Assembly: GCA_016748015.1 (NCBI GenBank)
Contig: JAAOMT010000617.1
Coordinates: 186,001-250,000 of the forward strand
Reading direction: 5' to 3'
Source: Geosiphon pyriformis uo1
Taxonomy: Eukaryota; Fungi; Glomeromycota
DNA length: 64,000 bases
Shown here in pieces: positions 39,166 to 51,209 of this stretch; within the stretch, counting starts at the first letter, position 1, and every line of letters starts with the position of its first letter. Under the pieces are notes generated by a model. The model saw nothing but the letters and a program-made list of their open reading frames with translations, made no database searches and was not told the DNA's origin. The position numbers and the translations under genes are program-made.

Positions 39166-40610
39166 AAGATATCAATTAATATGACAGAAAAAAAAATAAT
39201 TAATCAAAAAAAAATTATTTCTATTTATTAATAATTTCTATTTTATCATATAACAAATATATATTAGCTATAAAGAAAAAAATAAAAAATTAGTCCCAAG
39301 TTGAACTTACTATTTGTAAATCAGAAAAAATTGCCATTATCAATCTCTATATACTAGTTAAAAACTACAAACACATTAAAATCTCAATATACAACACAAT
39401 CAAAGACTTAATAAAAATACTAAGTAAAACTTTTATTAAATACTTAAGTATTAGAATTGAAAATCAAGCACCAACTATTATTTCTGACTTTTTACAACTA
39501 TGTAAATATATAGATATTACATCACAAATAATTTACAGACAAGAAGAATATTATTTGCTATAATTAGAACAATTAGAGCAAATAAACTTAAAAAATTTAG
39601 ATTTACTTTAACATATGCAATTTAAGCTGCTACTTAACAATTTTATTAATATTTTTGTAAGTAAAAAAGAATTTAACAGAATTAACATCATTTAGTACCA
39701 AATCAAAACTGAAGATATAATATTAATTAAACAAAGAATATATTGAGTACTATCTACCAGTTATAAAATTATTCATTAAAAAAATCAATCATATATTAAA
39801 CAATAAATTAATTTAATTATCAATAAATTCATAGTTAGTATTAATAGTACTTATTCAGAAAAAAAATAAAAAGATTTACTTTTGTGAAAATTATAGAAAA
39901 TTCAACAGTATTACTCATAAAAACAACTATTCAACTTTATAAATCCAAGAATTATTTAATGCTTTTAGAGAAAAAAAATAGTTTTTAACATTGAATTTAG
40001 ATAGTGGTTATTAACAAGTAGCCATAAATTTAATTGATAAAGAGAAAATAGTATTTACTACTAAAGAAAAAAACTTTGAATTTAATGTTATGCTTTTTGG
40101 CTTAACTAATGTTTTAACTATTTTCCAATGACTAATAGAAATTATTTATACTGAATTACTATAAAAATCAGTAATAGTCTACTTGAATGACATTAATGTA
40201 TTCTTTAAAATATTTAATAACTATTTCTATTATCTTTAACAAATATTTGAAAGATTAAAAAAAGCCAGATTAAAATTAAATACTACCAAATACTTCTTTA
40301 GAAAAACAAAACTCAAGTTTTTGGAATATGTTATAAGCAAAATAGTATTAAAACAGATTCAAATAAATTGAAATAGTTAAGAATTTTTTAGTACCAATAA
40401 ACTTGACAAAATTAAGAGCATTTTTGGAATTTGCTAGATACTATTGTTACTTTATCCAAAATTTCTTCAAACTAGTCCAATCACTTTACTAGCTCTAAGT
40501 AAAAAACACCAAATATGAATGAACAAAAAACCAACAAGAAACTTTTAACATATTGTAAAGAAAACTTATTTAAATTCTAATATTAATTTATTTAGATTAC
40601 AGTAAACCAT

Positions 40611-41314
40611 TGTTACTCATAAAAAAAAATACAAAAAAAAAGTAAAAAAACAGATAGTAAAAATAGATCAATAGAAAAATATTACTTAGCAAGTAAGCAT
40701 ATTGTCAAAAAAGACAGATTCAAATAAAAAACAATAGCTAGAAATCAATAATTATTCAATACTTTTTCTTTTAAAAAATAGTTTTCTATAACCTAAAGTA
40801 AAATTATATTTATATTAATAAAATTATTTATTACTATTCCATTTATGTTATTATTACTGAATTAAAAAAATATTAATTACTTTTACATTATCAATAATTC
40901 ATTTTAATAAAATCTGATACTTAATTACACTAAATTAATAGCTTTTAATCATAGCTATTGATAGAATACTAATTTTTTATTTTTTATTTTATTTTGTTTT
41001 CTTTGTTGTTTACTAATTGATTAAAAGAATTAAGCACTAAGTAATTAATATCAAAAATAGCTTAATAAAAGACTTAGAAACAAGTGTAAAAATTTAAAAG
41101 TAGCTTACTATGACTGTCAAAATAAACTAGTCACTATGCTAAAGGAAAAAATTCACAAAAGAAACCATCAATTAAATCTTTGTCTATTATACAAAGAACT
41201 TAATAAAAACCTTTAGATTTTAAAACTTTTAGAAATTACCAATATTTTTAGCTATTGAACACCAAGTTATGAATTTGTTATTTGTTTCAACATCCCAAAT
41301 AATTATCTGTAACA
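40611..41314 (+). repeat. 3-prime (probably recombinant) LTR
   Basis: Starts TGTTACTCATA and ends TCTGTAACA. It abuts pol directly at ILIYLDYSKP. The first ~110 bp differ from the 5-prime LTR. Confidence 0.8.
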
Positions 41315-44300
41315 CTAGTATATATTTTAATTTTTGTCAAATTATTAAGCAAATATAATTAATCTATTGAATTATAAGCCTTATATATGTTCTAAAACAC
41401 TAATTAATCTTTTTTAAAATATCTTTAATTGTCAAGCCAATAGTAAAAACAAGAAAATAAATCAAAGTACTTTTTAGAACTGAAAAATTGTCTTTTTTGA
41501 AACATTAAATTTGCTATAAACATTAAAGATTTAATTAAATAAAATTTTTAACAGCTTATATACAATTGTTTTTAACTAATTTTGCTTTAAATATATCAGA
41601 AAATCTGTAAATTTTTTTGAATTATGTTAATAAACATTTATTATTAGTAATATTAAAACCAGTAATAAGAAAATTACAAAACTTTAAAATTTTATTAAAA
41701 TCTAATTTGGTTTATTTTTTTAATATGACTATAAGTTTATCTGGATTACTTAACTTAAATATCTTTAAAACTTTAAAAATAAATCGTTTTAATTAGTAAG
41801 TTCATATCTTATTAAAATTACTTACAATTTTTATTTATTAAAGACATTTATTATTTCTAAAACAAAATTTAAAGAATTATTGAACTTTTTTTATACTTTT
41901 TTATTAATATCATTAATTTTATATTTTTATTTGTCTTTTTTAGCTTATTTGTATACCAAATTAAGCTAAAAATCAAAAAACTTCTTAGACTAATATTCAC
42001 AAAAACAGCAGTATAATTAGTATTAAAAAATTTATTAGATTAATAAATATACTAATTAAATATAAAATCACAGAAATTATTACTAACTAAAATAAAATTA
42101 ACATACTTTTTAACTTTATTGAAATTTGATTATGTAAAATACTTACAAAAAAAATTACTTAAAAAATTAAATAATTTAAATCTTTAAACTTTTTAAAGTT
42201 TATATTATAATTAGAGCTATTTTTATTAAAATTTCTAATTAGTATTATAAAAAAACTATTGTTTAAGACTACAACAACTAATGTATTGACTTTAATAACT
42301 TGTATTAATTTTTTATCTAAAGTAGTACTTATATATAAACTAATAATTAAGACTAATAAATAACTTTTAAAAAAAATATAACAATAAAAACTAACCAGTT
42401 ATTTTTGTAATTTTATAAATATGTTTGATTATATTATTATTTATTATAATTATAATATCAGAATTAATATAATTAGACTCAATATTTAAAGTAAAAATTT
42501 TGATTTTATTAAACTTATTTATAATTTATAATCTAGCTTTATTTTTTAACTTGGTTTGCAAAATTACTAAAATTAAAGTATTGATTATTTTATTTTATTA
42601 AATTATATTTAATTACTTAACAAAATTATTTACTTCTTAAATATTGCACATAAAAATTTTCTAAACAAAACTAATTATTAAAAAAAAAAAATCAAAAAAT
42701 CAAAACCAAAAACCAAAAAGTTTAAACAAGCTGAAACAATATAAACAAATCTTTTTAAAGCTAATATTTTGAATTTTAAACTCTTAATTTTAACAATAAA
42801 AACTTTATTATGATTAAAAGCCAAATATAAAATATTATCAACTGTAAAAACAAAAACAGAAAAAGAAAAACTTGAAATATTTATATTAGTTTCAACTGTA
42901 TTATTAACAAAAATAATCAATAAAACTTAACACCTATAGCAAATAATTAATTAATGACACAAGTTTTTTATTTGTGTTTTCTAATAATAAACCCAAATTA
43001 TAAACAGTTATTTTTACAAGAAGTATAAATAAAAATGGTTTAAATCAATCTTTTAAAGTTCAAATAATTTGATTTATAATAGTTTTAACAAAATACACAG
43101 AAATTTTGCCAATATTACTGAAAAAAAAGCATGGATTTGAAAACTTTTTTAGCAATAATAATGCTTTTTTTGAGCAATATATATAGTTATATATATAATT
43201 ATTAACTATAGTATATATATAATTATATAGATTATTTTAATATTTAAAAGAATAAAAAATGTTAAACAGATTGTTAAAGTGAAAATAAAAATTATTATTA
43301 TTATTTATTTTTGGGTAAAAACTAGTTTAATATAAATTTTTATAAGAAAAAATAATCAAATTTACGTTTAAAACACAAAAAACAAATTAAAACCAAAAAA
43401 CAAAACTATTTAATCAAAGTATAACCAGAATTTTTTTAATAAATTAAGACTAAATTTTTAACAATATGATATTTTATATTATTTAATTAACATCATAACA
43501 AAGATAAAGTTAGGTTATAAAATTAAAAACTTATTTGATAAAATAAAACATAACATAAAATATTGATAATATGTATTTAAAAAACAATTAGTAATAAAAA
43601 TAACAATCAATATAGTATATTGTAAAAAAAATTAGACAAAAATACATATTACAAAACTTGATACAGTTTAACCAATCTTAATTAGTTTGTAATAATTGAA
43701 TTAAGAAATAAATACTAAAATAAATGGCTAAATATGATAAATATTTTTTACATATTTTATTAATAATTTTTTTAGAAATTATTTTGTACAATACTATCTT
43801 CCAAGCAAAAAACATAGTATTAAATTATATTATATTTTTGAAATAAAAAGATATAAAATACAACTGAAATAAAACAGTAAACAAATATATCATATTTTAT
43901 TATCTATAATATTTTTGCTAAAATTTTTTATATCTTTAAAGACTTTGAAAATAAAATTAGCAAAAAAATATAGTCATTTTTTCTAGTACTATTAAAAACA
44001 TTTAATTAATTATGAATATTAAAAAGATTTGTCTTTAACAATTCTAATATTTACTAATTTTTACAAAAAAAATTATATAAAGTAAACTTAAAAACATCTT
44101 AATAAATAATTGGAAAAAAACTGTTTTTTTAAATAAAATAACTTTTTGTTTATTTCAAAATATAATAAAATATTAGTATAAAAACCAGTGACTAATTTGT
44201 GTTATACCAAAAGATTAAACGAAAATTATAAGATAAAATGGTTTTTATAAGAAAAAAAAGTAAGTTTATTTTGTTTTATTCAAATAGTAGATGTTAATTA

Positions 44301-46734
44301 CTATATAGAAATTATTTGTGAATATTTATTTAAGATAAAAAAATGTTAAGAAATAAGTAACAGTTTTAATAGAACAATAATCTAAAACATATAAGTTATC
44401 TAACCAATTTTTTTTTCAAAAAAATATGTGAAATTATAACTTGGCTATTTAATAATCCTGACTTAAATTTTATTAAAAATTTATAAATTATTGTAAAAAA
44501 AAATATAAAAAAACATATATCCAAAAATCAAGATAAATTAGAGCATTTTATAAAAAAAATAGTAAAGTATTTTTTAATATTATTGTAAAATAATAATTGC
44601 AAATAAAAAAAAAATTTTTTTTAATGAAATTATATGTTTTTTAATTTTTTATTAATATATAATTTATATTTTTTGATGTATTGAATAAAGCATAATATTT
44701 ATATAATTTTTTTTAGCTTACAAAAAAGCTCTATATATAGCTAAATTATATAAAATTTATATATTATATTAAAGTTGTTTTAAATATATCAACTATTTAT
44801 ATACATTAAATTAATTAATTTAATTGTAAATTTACTTAGCATATTATTTTTTAAAAAGTTAGTAATTTAAATAATCAAATTTAAATAATTAAGTTTAAAA
44901 CTATGATTATATATTATTAATACCAATTGTGATAATAATTAACACAATTAGATATAAATTAATTAATAATGTTAAACTGCACAAATAAGAGTGTATAAAT
45001 TTTAAAGCTTAACAAAGTTTGTTATTATTAAATTATATATTAATTTTTAATTTCCATTGGTGTTTTTTAGTTTATTAAGATTTTTTTGAATTTAATTTAA
45101 TTAAACAACTAAATTGTGCTATATTTTTTTGTTATTATTAAACTGATTGTTAATCTTTTATTTTTTATTTGCTGGTTGATTTTGTTAATTAATATAATAA
45201 TATAAATCTTTTTTATATGATTTTAATAGTAATTTTTATAGTATGTTATTGTAATTTTTGTATTAAAAACCATAAAAACTTTTGATAATACTGTTAAATA
45301 CAGACTATTTATTAGTTAAAACAGCAGCTTAACTTAATTTAACAAACTCTATTATAGTTTTTTGTTATATTTTAATCAATTGTAATTAAATTAATACTAT
45401 TTAATCAAATTTAGACAAAGATAAAATAAATTTTTTTTTGAAGTATTCATGAAATTTTTTTTACTATTATAGTCCTATTTAAGCAAATTTTTTGTTTTTT
45501 AAGATCATTATTAATCTGAATATTGTTTTTTTTAGCCAGTAAAGTCACTTGTTTTATATTTTTTTAATGTAAATATAGAATAGATAATCTTTTCAAATTT
45601 TAAAAAAATAATAGTTTTTTTAAAACCATTAATTTTTGAAAAAAGCTTTCTAATTGTTTGCATCTTAGTTATAACTAATTTGTCTTTAATTACTAAAAAA
45701 TCGATATCTAAAGCAAAAATTTTTTGATTAAAACTTTTATTTAAGTTTTAATTATTTTAGAATCAATTTATTTTTTGTCCAAAGATATATTGAAAAAAAA
45801 GACATACTTTTATTATTAATATTAAAATTACAAGAGTTAAAAGAAGAAAATACTATTTTTTTAGTATTAACTCATTTAGCTTTAAAAGAATAATATGAAA
45901 ATCCAAAGATTTTTTACTTTTATTGCTCACATTGTATCTAATATTAAAAGCCAAAGAACTTTTTTTAGCATTATTTGAGTCTGTATTTATGTTATTAAAC
46001 TGATTAACATATTTTTTATATGTAATTAACTACTTAAGTTAATTATATAATATATTAAATTAAAAGTAAAGTTATTTAATTTTTATAATTTTAAAAAAAC
46101 TTTATTAAATACAATTTATATATTTTTTTTTAAATTTTAAATTTTAATTGATTTATAATATTTTTTTATATTATTTTTAAAATAAAATTTTATAAAAATT
46201 AATTTTAAAAACAATATTAAACTATTTTAAATATCGTTTTTAAACTTGTTAAATTAATTTTTTGTTATAAAAATTAATAATTTTGATTTAACTGATAATA
46301 ATAATACTAAAATACAAAACCAAATTAGTAAGTTATTTGAATATAAAAAAGTTAAATTAATTTTAAATTCAATTCAAGTACAATTATTTTAATATTAATA
46401 GCAAAAATAAAATTATTTAGAAATTTAGTTTTTATTTAACAATTAAAAATTCAATAAAAACAACATATTATTAATTTGCTTATGTACTATTTTATTTTAA
46501 ATATTAAGCGAATGTATTTTGCAAATATTAAATAAATACATTTTTAAATATTAAAATAATATATTTTATTAATTTGTTAAATTAAAATCATAAATATTTA
46601 AGTTTAGTTATAATAATAATATATAATTATATTAATATTATTATTATAAATTTAAACAAATAACAAATAAACCAGCTATTAAAAATAATAAAAAAAATCA
46701 ATAAAATCAATAAAAAAACAGATTAAATTTGTGA

Positions 46735-47235
46735 AAATTTAATATATGTAATCAGTTTTAAAATTATAATCCTTAAAAATCTAAAAATAAAAAATAATTT
46801 ATAATTGTGAAATAATATTACTATTATTATTCTACATTTTATTTTGGTAATTTTTAAAATTATAACTTTATTTAATAAATTACAAGAACAAACAAATAAC
46901 TTTTTAAATTAATTTTAACAATATAAATCAACAAAAAAGATAAAATATGTAAAAGTAAAAAAGAAAAAAAAAAAGAAAATAAACAATAAAATACAATAAA
47001 ATTTAATAGTTATTTATTTTATTATTATTTTAATCTAATATTTGAATCTTATTACTTAATTTTTTTTTATAATTAAAAAATTTATTGTTTATATAATTGC
47101 TAAAAAAATTAATAATTAAATTAATAATTAATTTAATAATTAGATTAATAATTCTATCTAAAAATAAAGTGGTTAATTATATAATATCAAATAACTAGTA
47201 TATATATTATTAATAAAACTATAAGTTTTGGCTTT
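46735..47235. repeat. Copy 1 of a ~500-bp direct repeat (copy 2 at 49728-50210), possibly decayed LTRs of another family
   Basis: Shared blocks AAATAATATTACTATTATTATT, TTTAATAAATTACAA and TCTAAAAATAAAGTGGTTAATTATATAA occur in the same order in both copies. Confidence 0.7.
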
Positions 47236-47412
47236 TTTTATAATAGTTATAATTTTTAAAACATTAGATGTATAATTCTTAAAATTTTTGTTTGAATTTT
47301 TGAAGTTTTTTTTATTAATTTTAATTTTACTTAAGCATATATAAAGCTTTAATTGTTTTTTATATAATAAATTTTTGTTAATAAACAAAATTTTTTTAAG
47401 TAATATTTTAAA

Positions 47413-49727
47413 GGAATTGCTAAATCAACTCACCCTTTTTGCTAAATCGATCCACCCTCAACACATGATATTATTTATGTCATAGTATTGTATTCAACTA
47501 TATATAGGAACATATTAACGAGTTTATAATCAAAGAGCTATAGAATAAACAAGTTTTCTTTTGATTTTATAAGTATTTACATTTTTTTATAAAATTACAT
47601 ATGATGTTACCACCTCCAGAAACATCATATAGCTCTTGTAAAATGATGATACAAAGTCTTAACACCTTTACATACTCCCAAGGATATATAGTTACAAAAC
47701 AATGCTCTGCTGCTAATGGTACTCGTATTACCTTCAAATGTGATTGGGGAAATAAATATAATGCTTCTAAAAGACTTGTATTAGAAGATCGACAACAAAA
47801 AACAGCAACTTGATTAACAAACTGCCCTTTTACTGTATATGGATAATTACTCAAAGCTAATGAATACTGGCATTTAACAGTTTGTAATACTGAACATAAT
47901 CATGAGCCATCTGATAATATTGCTGGACATCCTACTGTTCGATAACTTAAATCCAAACAGAAAGTATTAGTTTCACAAATGTTAAGTGCAGGCAATGTAC
48001 CAAAAGCAATTTTAACAGCATTATGACAGGAAGATCTTGAACAACATGCAATTTCAAAGACTATTTATAATGAATAGACACATCTTCGAAAAATAGAGTT
48101 TGCTAAACATCCATCTATACTGACATTATTGGAAACACTTAAAGAGACCAATTATTAATATGACTATGTTTGTAATGTTGCCAATGAAGTTACATATTTG
48201 TTTTATGCGCATCCTGGATGTATTGCTCTTGCTCAAAGATATCCATATACTGTCCTAATGGATTGCACATATAAAACAAATCGATTTCGAATGCCTATGC
48301 TTCATATTATTGGCATGAGTAGTTTCAATACATCCTTTACAATTGCTGTTGCTTTATTCGTGAAAAAACACAAACATACTATCAATGGGCTTTAGAGCAA
48401 GTTGTAAAGCTTTATACACATATCAAGTCAATTACTATTACTATTACTACGGACCGAGAATATGTATTAATGCATGCACTTTTTTCTACTTTTTCTACAT
48501 CTACACATTTACTTTGTGTTTGGCATATTCAAAAGGATGTACTTGCCAATTGTAAAAAGTACTTTGCAAATAGAAATGACTAGAACAATTTTTATTCAGA
48601 ATGGACTAATATTATTTAATCTGCATCATCAGAAGTATTTAATATTAAATGGAACACATTAAGCCATAAGTATTCAGCAATTCTAGCTTTAACAAATTAT
48701 CTATTAACAACTTGGATTCCATACAAAGAGAAATTCATTGCTGCTTGGACTAATAAGAGTATGCACTTTGGTAATATTAATTCATCATGGGTAGAAGGTC
48801 AACATGCTCAATTGAAAAGCTATCTCAAAGTTTCCACAAAGGATTTACAAGATGTTCAATTATGAATATTATATGTCTTTGAAAATACGATTAAAGAAAT
48901 TGAAACACAACAAAATATTGAATGTATTCGATTTTGTCATGATCACAACATCTCTTTCTTTCAAAATATTGTACGATGAATCTTAATTTTTGTCTTAAAA
49001 GCAGTCTATAGGCAGTATCTTTTTGTACGAAAACCATTGGATAATAATATGACATTTTGTTCTGGTGTTTTTTCAACAACAATGGGCCTTCTATGTGAAC
49101 ATCAAATTCGAAATATGCTTGTTATTGGAGAAATTCTCTCTATGGATCAGTTTTATTTTATTTGGGATCTAGTAAATACAAATCGTATTTTTACAATGAT
49201 TAATCCTGAAACTAATATTCTAAAAGTTATTCCAAGTTTGGATCCATTGCTTGAAGAAGTAAATCAAACATATCAACTTTTGGCTCCACATCAACAAGAA
49301 ACAATGCGCACTTAATTAATTCAGATTTCAATCACGTCTCTTGCAATTGAGAATCCTTTTAATCAACGAACTCGAGAATGTTCTTTAGGTGCTTTAAATC
49401 ACTCTCAAAAAATATTGCTCATCAAGAATCATCTATTTAACGAAATTTATCCCAATTTGAAATTGTTGAAAATGTTTTTTCTCAAATTCAAGTATATAAA
49501 TGTAAGATTTGTAAGAAATAAGGCCATAATATTCTGACCTGTCTACAACGAAGTGTTTTTTTTTTAATTATAAAACACTATAAATTACTTAAGGCATAAT
49601 AAAAAATTAAATATATAATTTATATTTAATTTTATATAAGAAAAAGTTATTTTTTATTTTAATTAAACTAATATTTATGACGTAAAATGATATCACGTGT
49701 TGAGGGTGGGTCGATTTAGCAATTCCC
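47413..49727 (+). mobile_element. MULE/Mutator DNA transposon with disrupted transposase (~47601-49560)
   Basis: TIRs GGAATTGCTAAATC..CACCCTCAACAC(A/G)TGATAT at both ends. FAR1-like N-terminus (CPF..HNHE), DDE core VLMDCTYKTNRFRMP, TTDRE, LCVWHI and VEGQHAQLK, SWIM-like CSGVFSTTMGLLCEH, terminal CKICKK*GHNILTC knuckle. Stops and frameshifts present. Confidence 0.9.
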
Positions 49728-50210
49728 AAAATTTATTATACATAATCAATTTTATAATTACAATTGCTTAATATTTTTTTAAAAATCTGAGAATAAAAAA
49801 ATAGTCTATAATTGTCAACTAAATAATATTACTATTATTATTTTATGTTTTATTTTAGTAATTTTTAGAATCAATAATTTAATAAATTACAAAAGCAAGC
49901 AAACAGCTTTTTAAACTAATTTTAATAAAAAATAGAAAAAAAATAAACAATAAAATAAAACAGAATTCAATAGTTAATTATTTTAGTTATTATTTAATTA
50001 TATTTTACAGTTGGGAATTTATTGCTTATATAATTGGTAAGAAAAATTAACAATTAGATTAACAACTAAGTTATTAATTAAGTTAATAATTAATTCAATA
50101 ATTAGGTTAATAATCAAGTTAATAACTTTATCTAAAAATAAAGTGGTTAATTATATAAGATCAAATGATTAATACATATAATATTAATAAAAATTATGAG
50201 TTTTAGCTAT
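49728..50210. repeat. Copy 2 of the ~500-bp direct repeat, starting at the MULE right end
   Basis: Aligns with 46735-47235. Confidence 0.7.
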
Positions 50211-51209
50211 AATACTATAATATAATTCTTTGTTTTTTAATATAAAATAGTTTTAATTAACAAGTTTTTTTGTTTTTTTACCAATTTAACATTTTTGTTA
50301 TAATAATTTTGTTTTAATTTAGCTTTAATAAAATGTTTTTATATTTTTAATAAATCTTGAATTTTTTCTTTTTATAAACTTTAAACTACAAATCATTTTG
50401 CAAATATTAACAAATATTATATATATTGGTTCAAATTTTATTTAAAATAAATGTATTCATATAAGCCAAACTTATTTTAAGGCTGTATTGTAATAAGTAG
50501 TAGTTGGGTTACACTCGTAAAGGCGAATTAAAAAAATATATGTTCAATTATTTTTTAAGATGTTAATTACTTTTTTATTTATGAACTTAAGTTGTGCTAT
50601 TAAAAAAATATCTTGTTTAAATTTGAAAAGTTTAATGTATTTTGTCAATGCTTGAAAATCTTGAATAAGTAACCACTTTTAAGAATTCTATTAATTTTTA
50701 TATACAGTTTGTTAAATTTTTTATTATTATAATAAATTAATTATGATACATAAAAATAATTAAATAAAATTAAAATATAAAACTTATTTATATTAAATCA
50801 ATTATAGAGCCTAAAACTACAGCACTTTCTTTTAAAACAAAAGCAAAACAAAAAGATTACTCCTTATATTTTTAAAATATCAGACAGTATTTATTAAAAA
50901 TTATTTCAATAAAGAAAAAATTATCAGAAATCTATTCAAAAAACAATTATTTTTAAACACTTATCAAGAATTTAGAAAGAAACAAAGATATTAGAAAATG
51001 AATTACCTATTTTGTATTTATTTTATATAGAATATAAAATTTTTGTATTCAAATTTTATTCAACAATTTATATTTACAATAATGCTTACATGAAAATGGT
51101 TATTTTTGCAATTTTGAGCATCTTTCTAAGCTATGCTGAAAGTCATGAACATCTAATACACTGTAAAAATGTTGTAAAACATAACATACAAATAATTTAT
51201 GAATACTTA

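Larger units (their letters stand above)
29069..41314 (+). mobile_element. Decayed Ty3/Gypsy LTR retrotransposon: gag with zinc knuckle, protease, dUTPase and RT; RNase H and integrase missing
   Basis: LTRs at 29069-29877 and 40611-41314. Flanks TTAG/CTAG form a 4-bp TSD with one C->T change. Knuckle ICYYYNKQKHLKMDY (~31495), protease LILNSSLADS (~32200), RT LNLDSGY*Q, FNVMLFGLTN and VYLNDI (40180). Removing the element rejoins the host LINE RT frame (KIYT|KFIRFF). Confidence 0.85.
26550..46050 (-). mobile_element. Heavily decayed LINE (ORF1; ORF2 with APE endonuclease, RT, RNase H and CCHC), split by later insertions; outer limits approximate
   Basis: Minus-strand relics in order: ORF1 FALDID..IRKLFSKINGF and LQLI..*QKTIIEF (~45300-45750); ORF1 tail (~42700-43170); APE start V*KIFMCNI*EVNN and QTKLK (~42520-42675); RT DNFSVLK and F*NIYKAYNSID* (~41320-41560), continuing KFIRFF..VHDSLN*SKVF (GxxQG motif, ~28900-29068); RNase H FTDK (~27745); knuckle (~27000). 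Confidence 0.7.

Noticed and set aside
43180-45290. Further insertion(s) inside LINE ORF1
   Set aside because: Likely retroelement debris, but too decayed to define ends or domains by eye.
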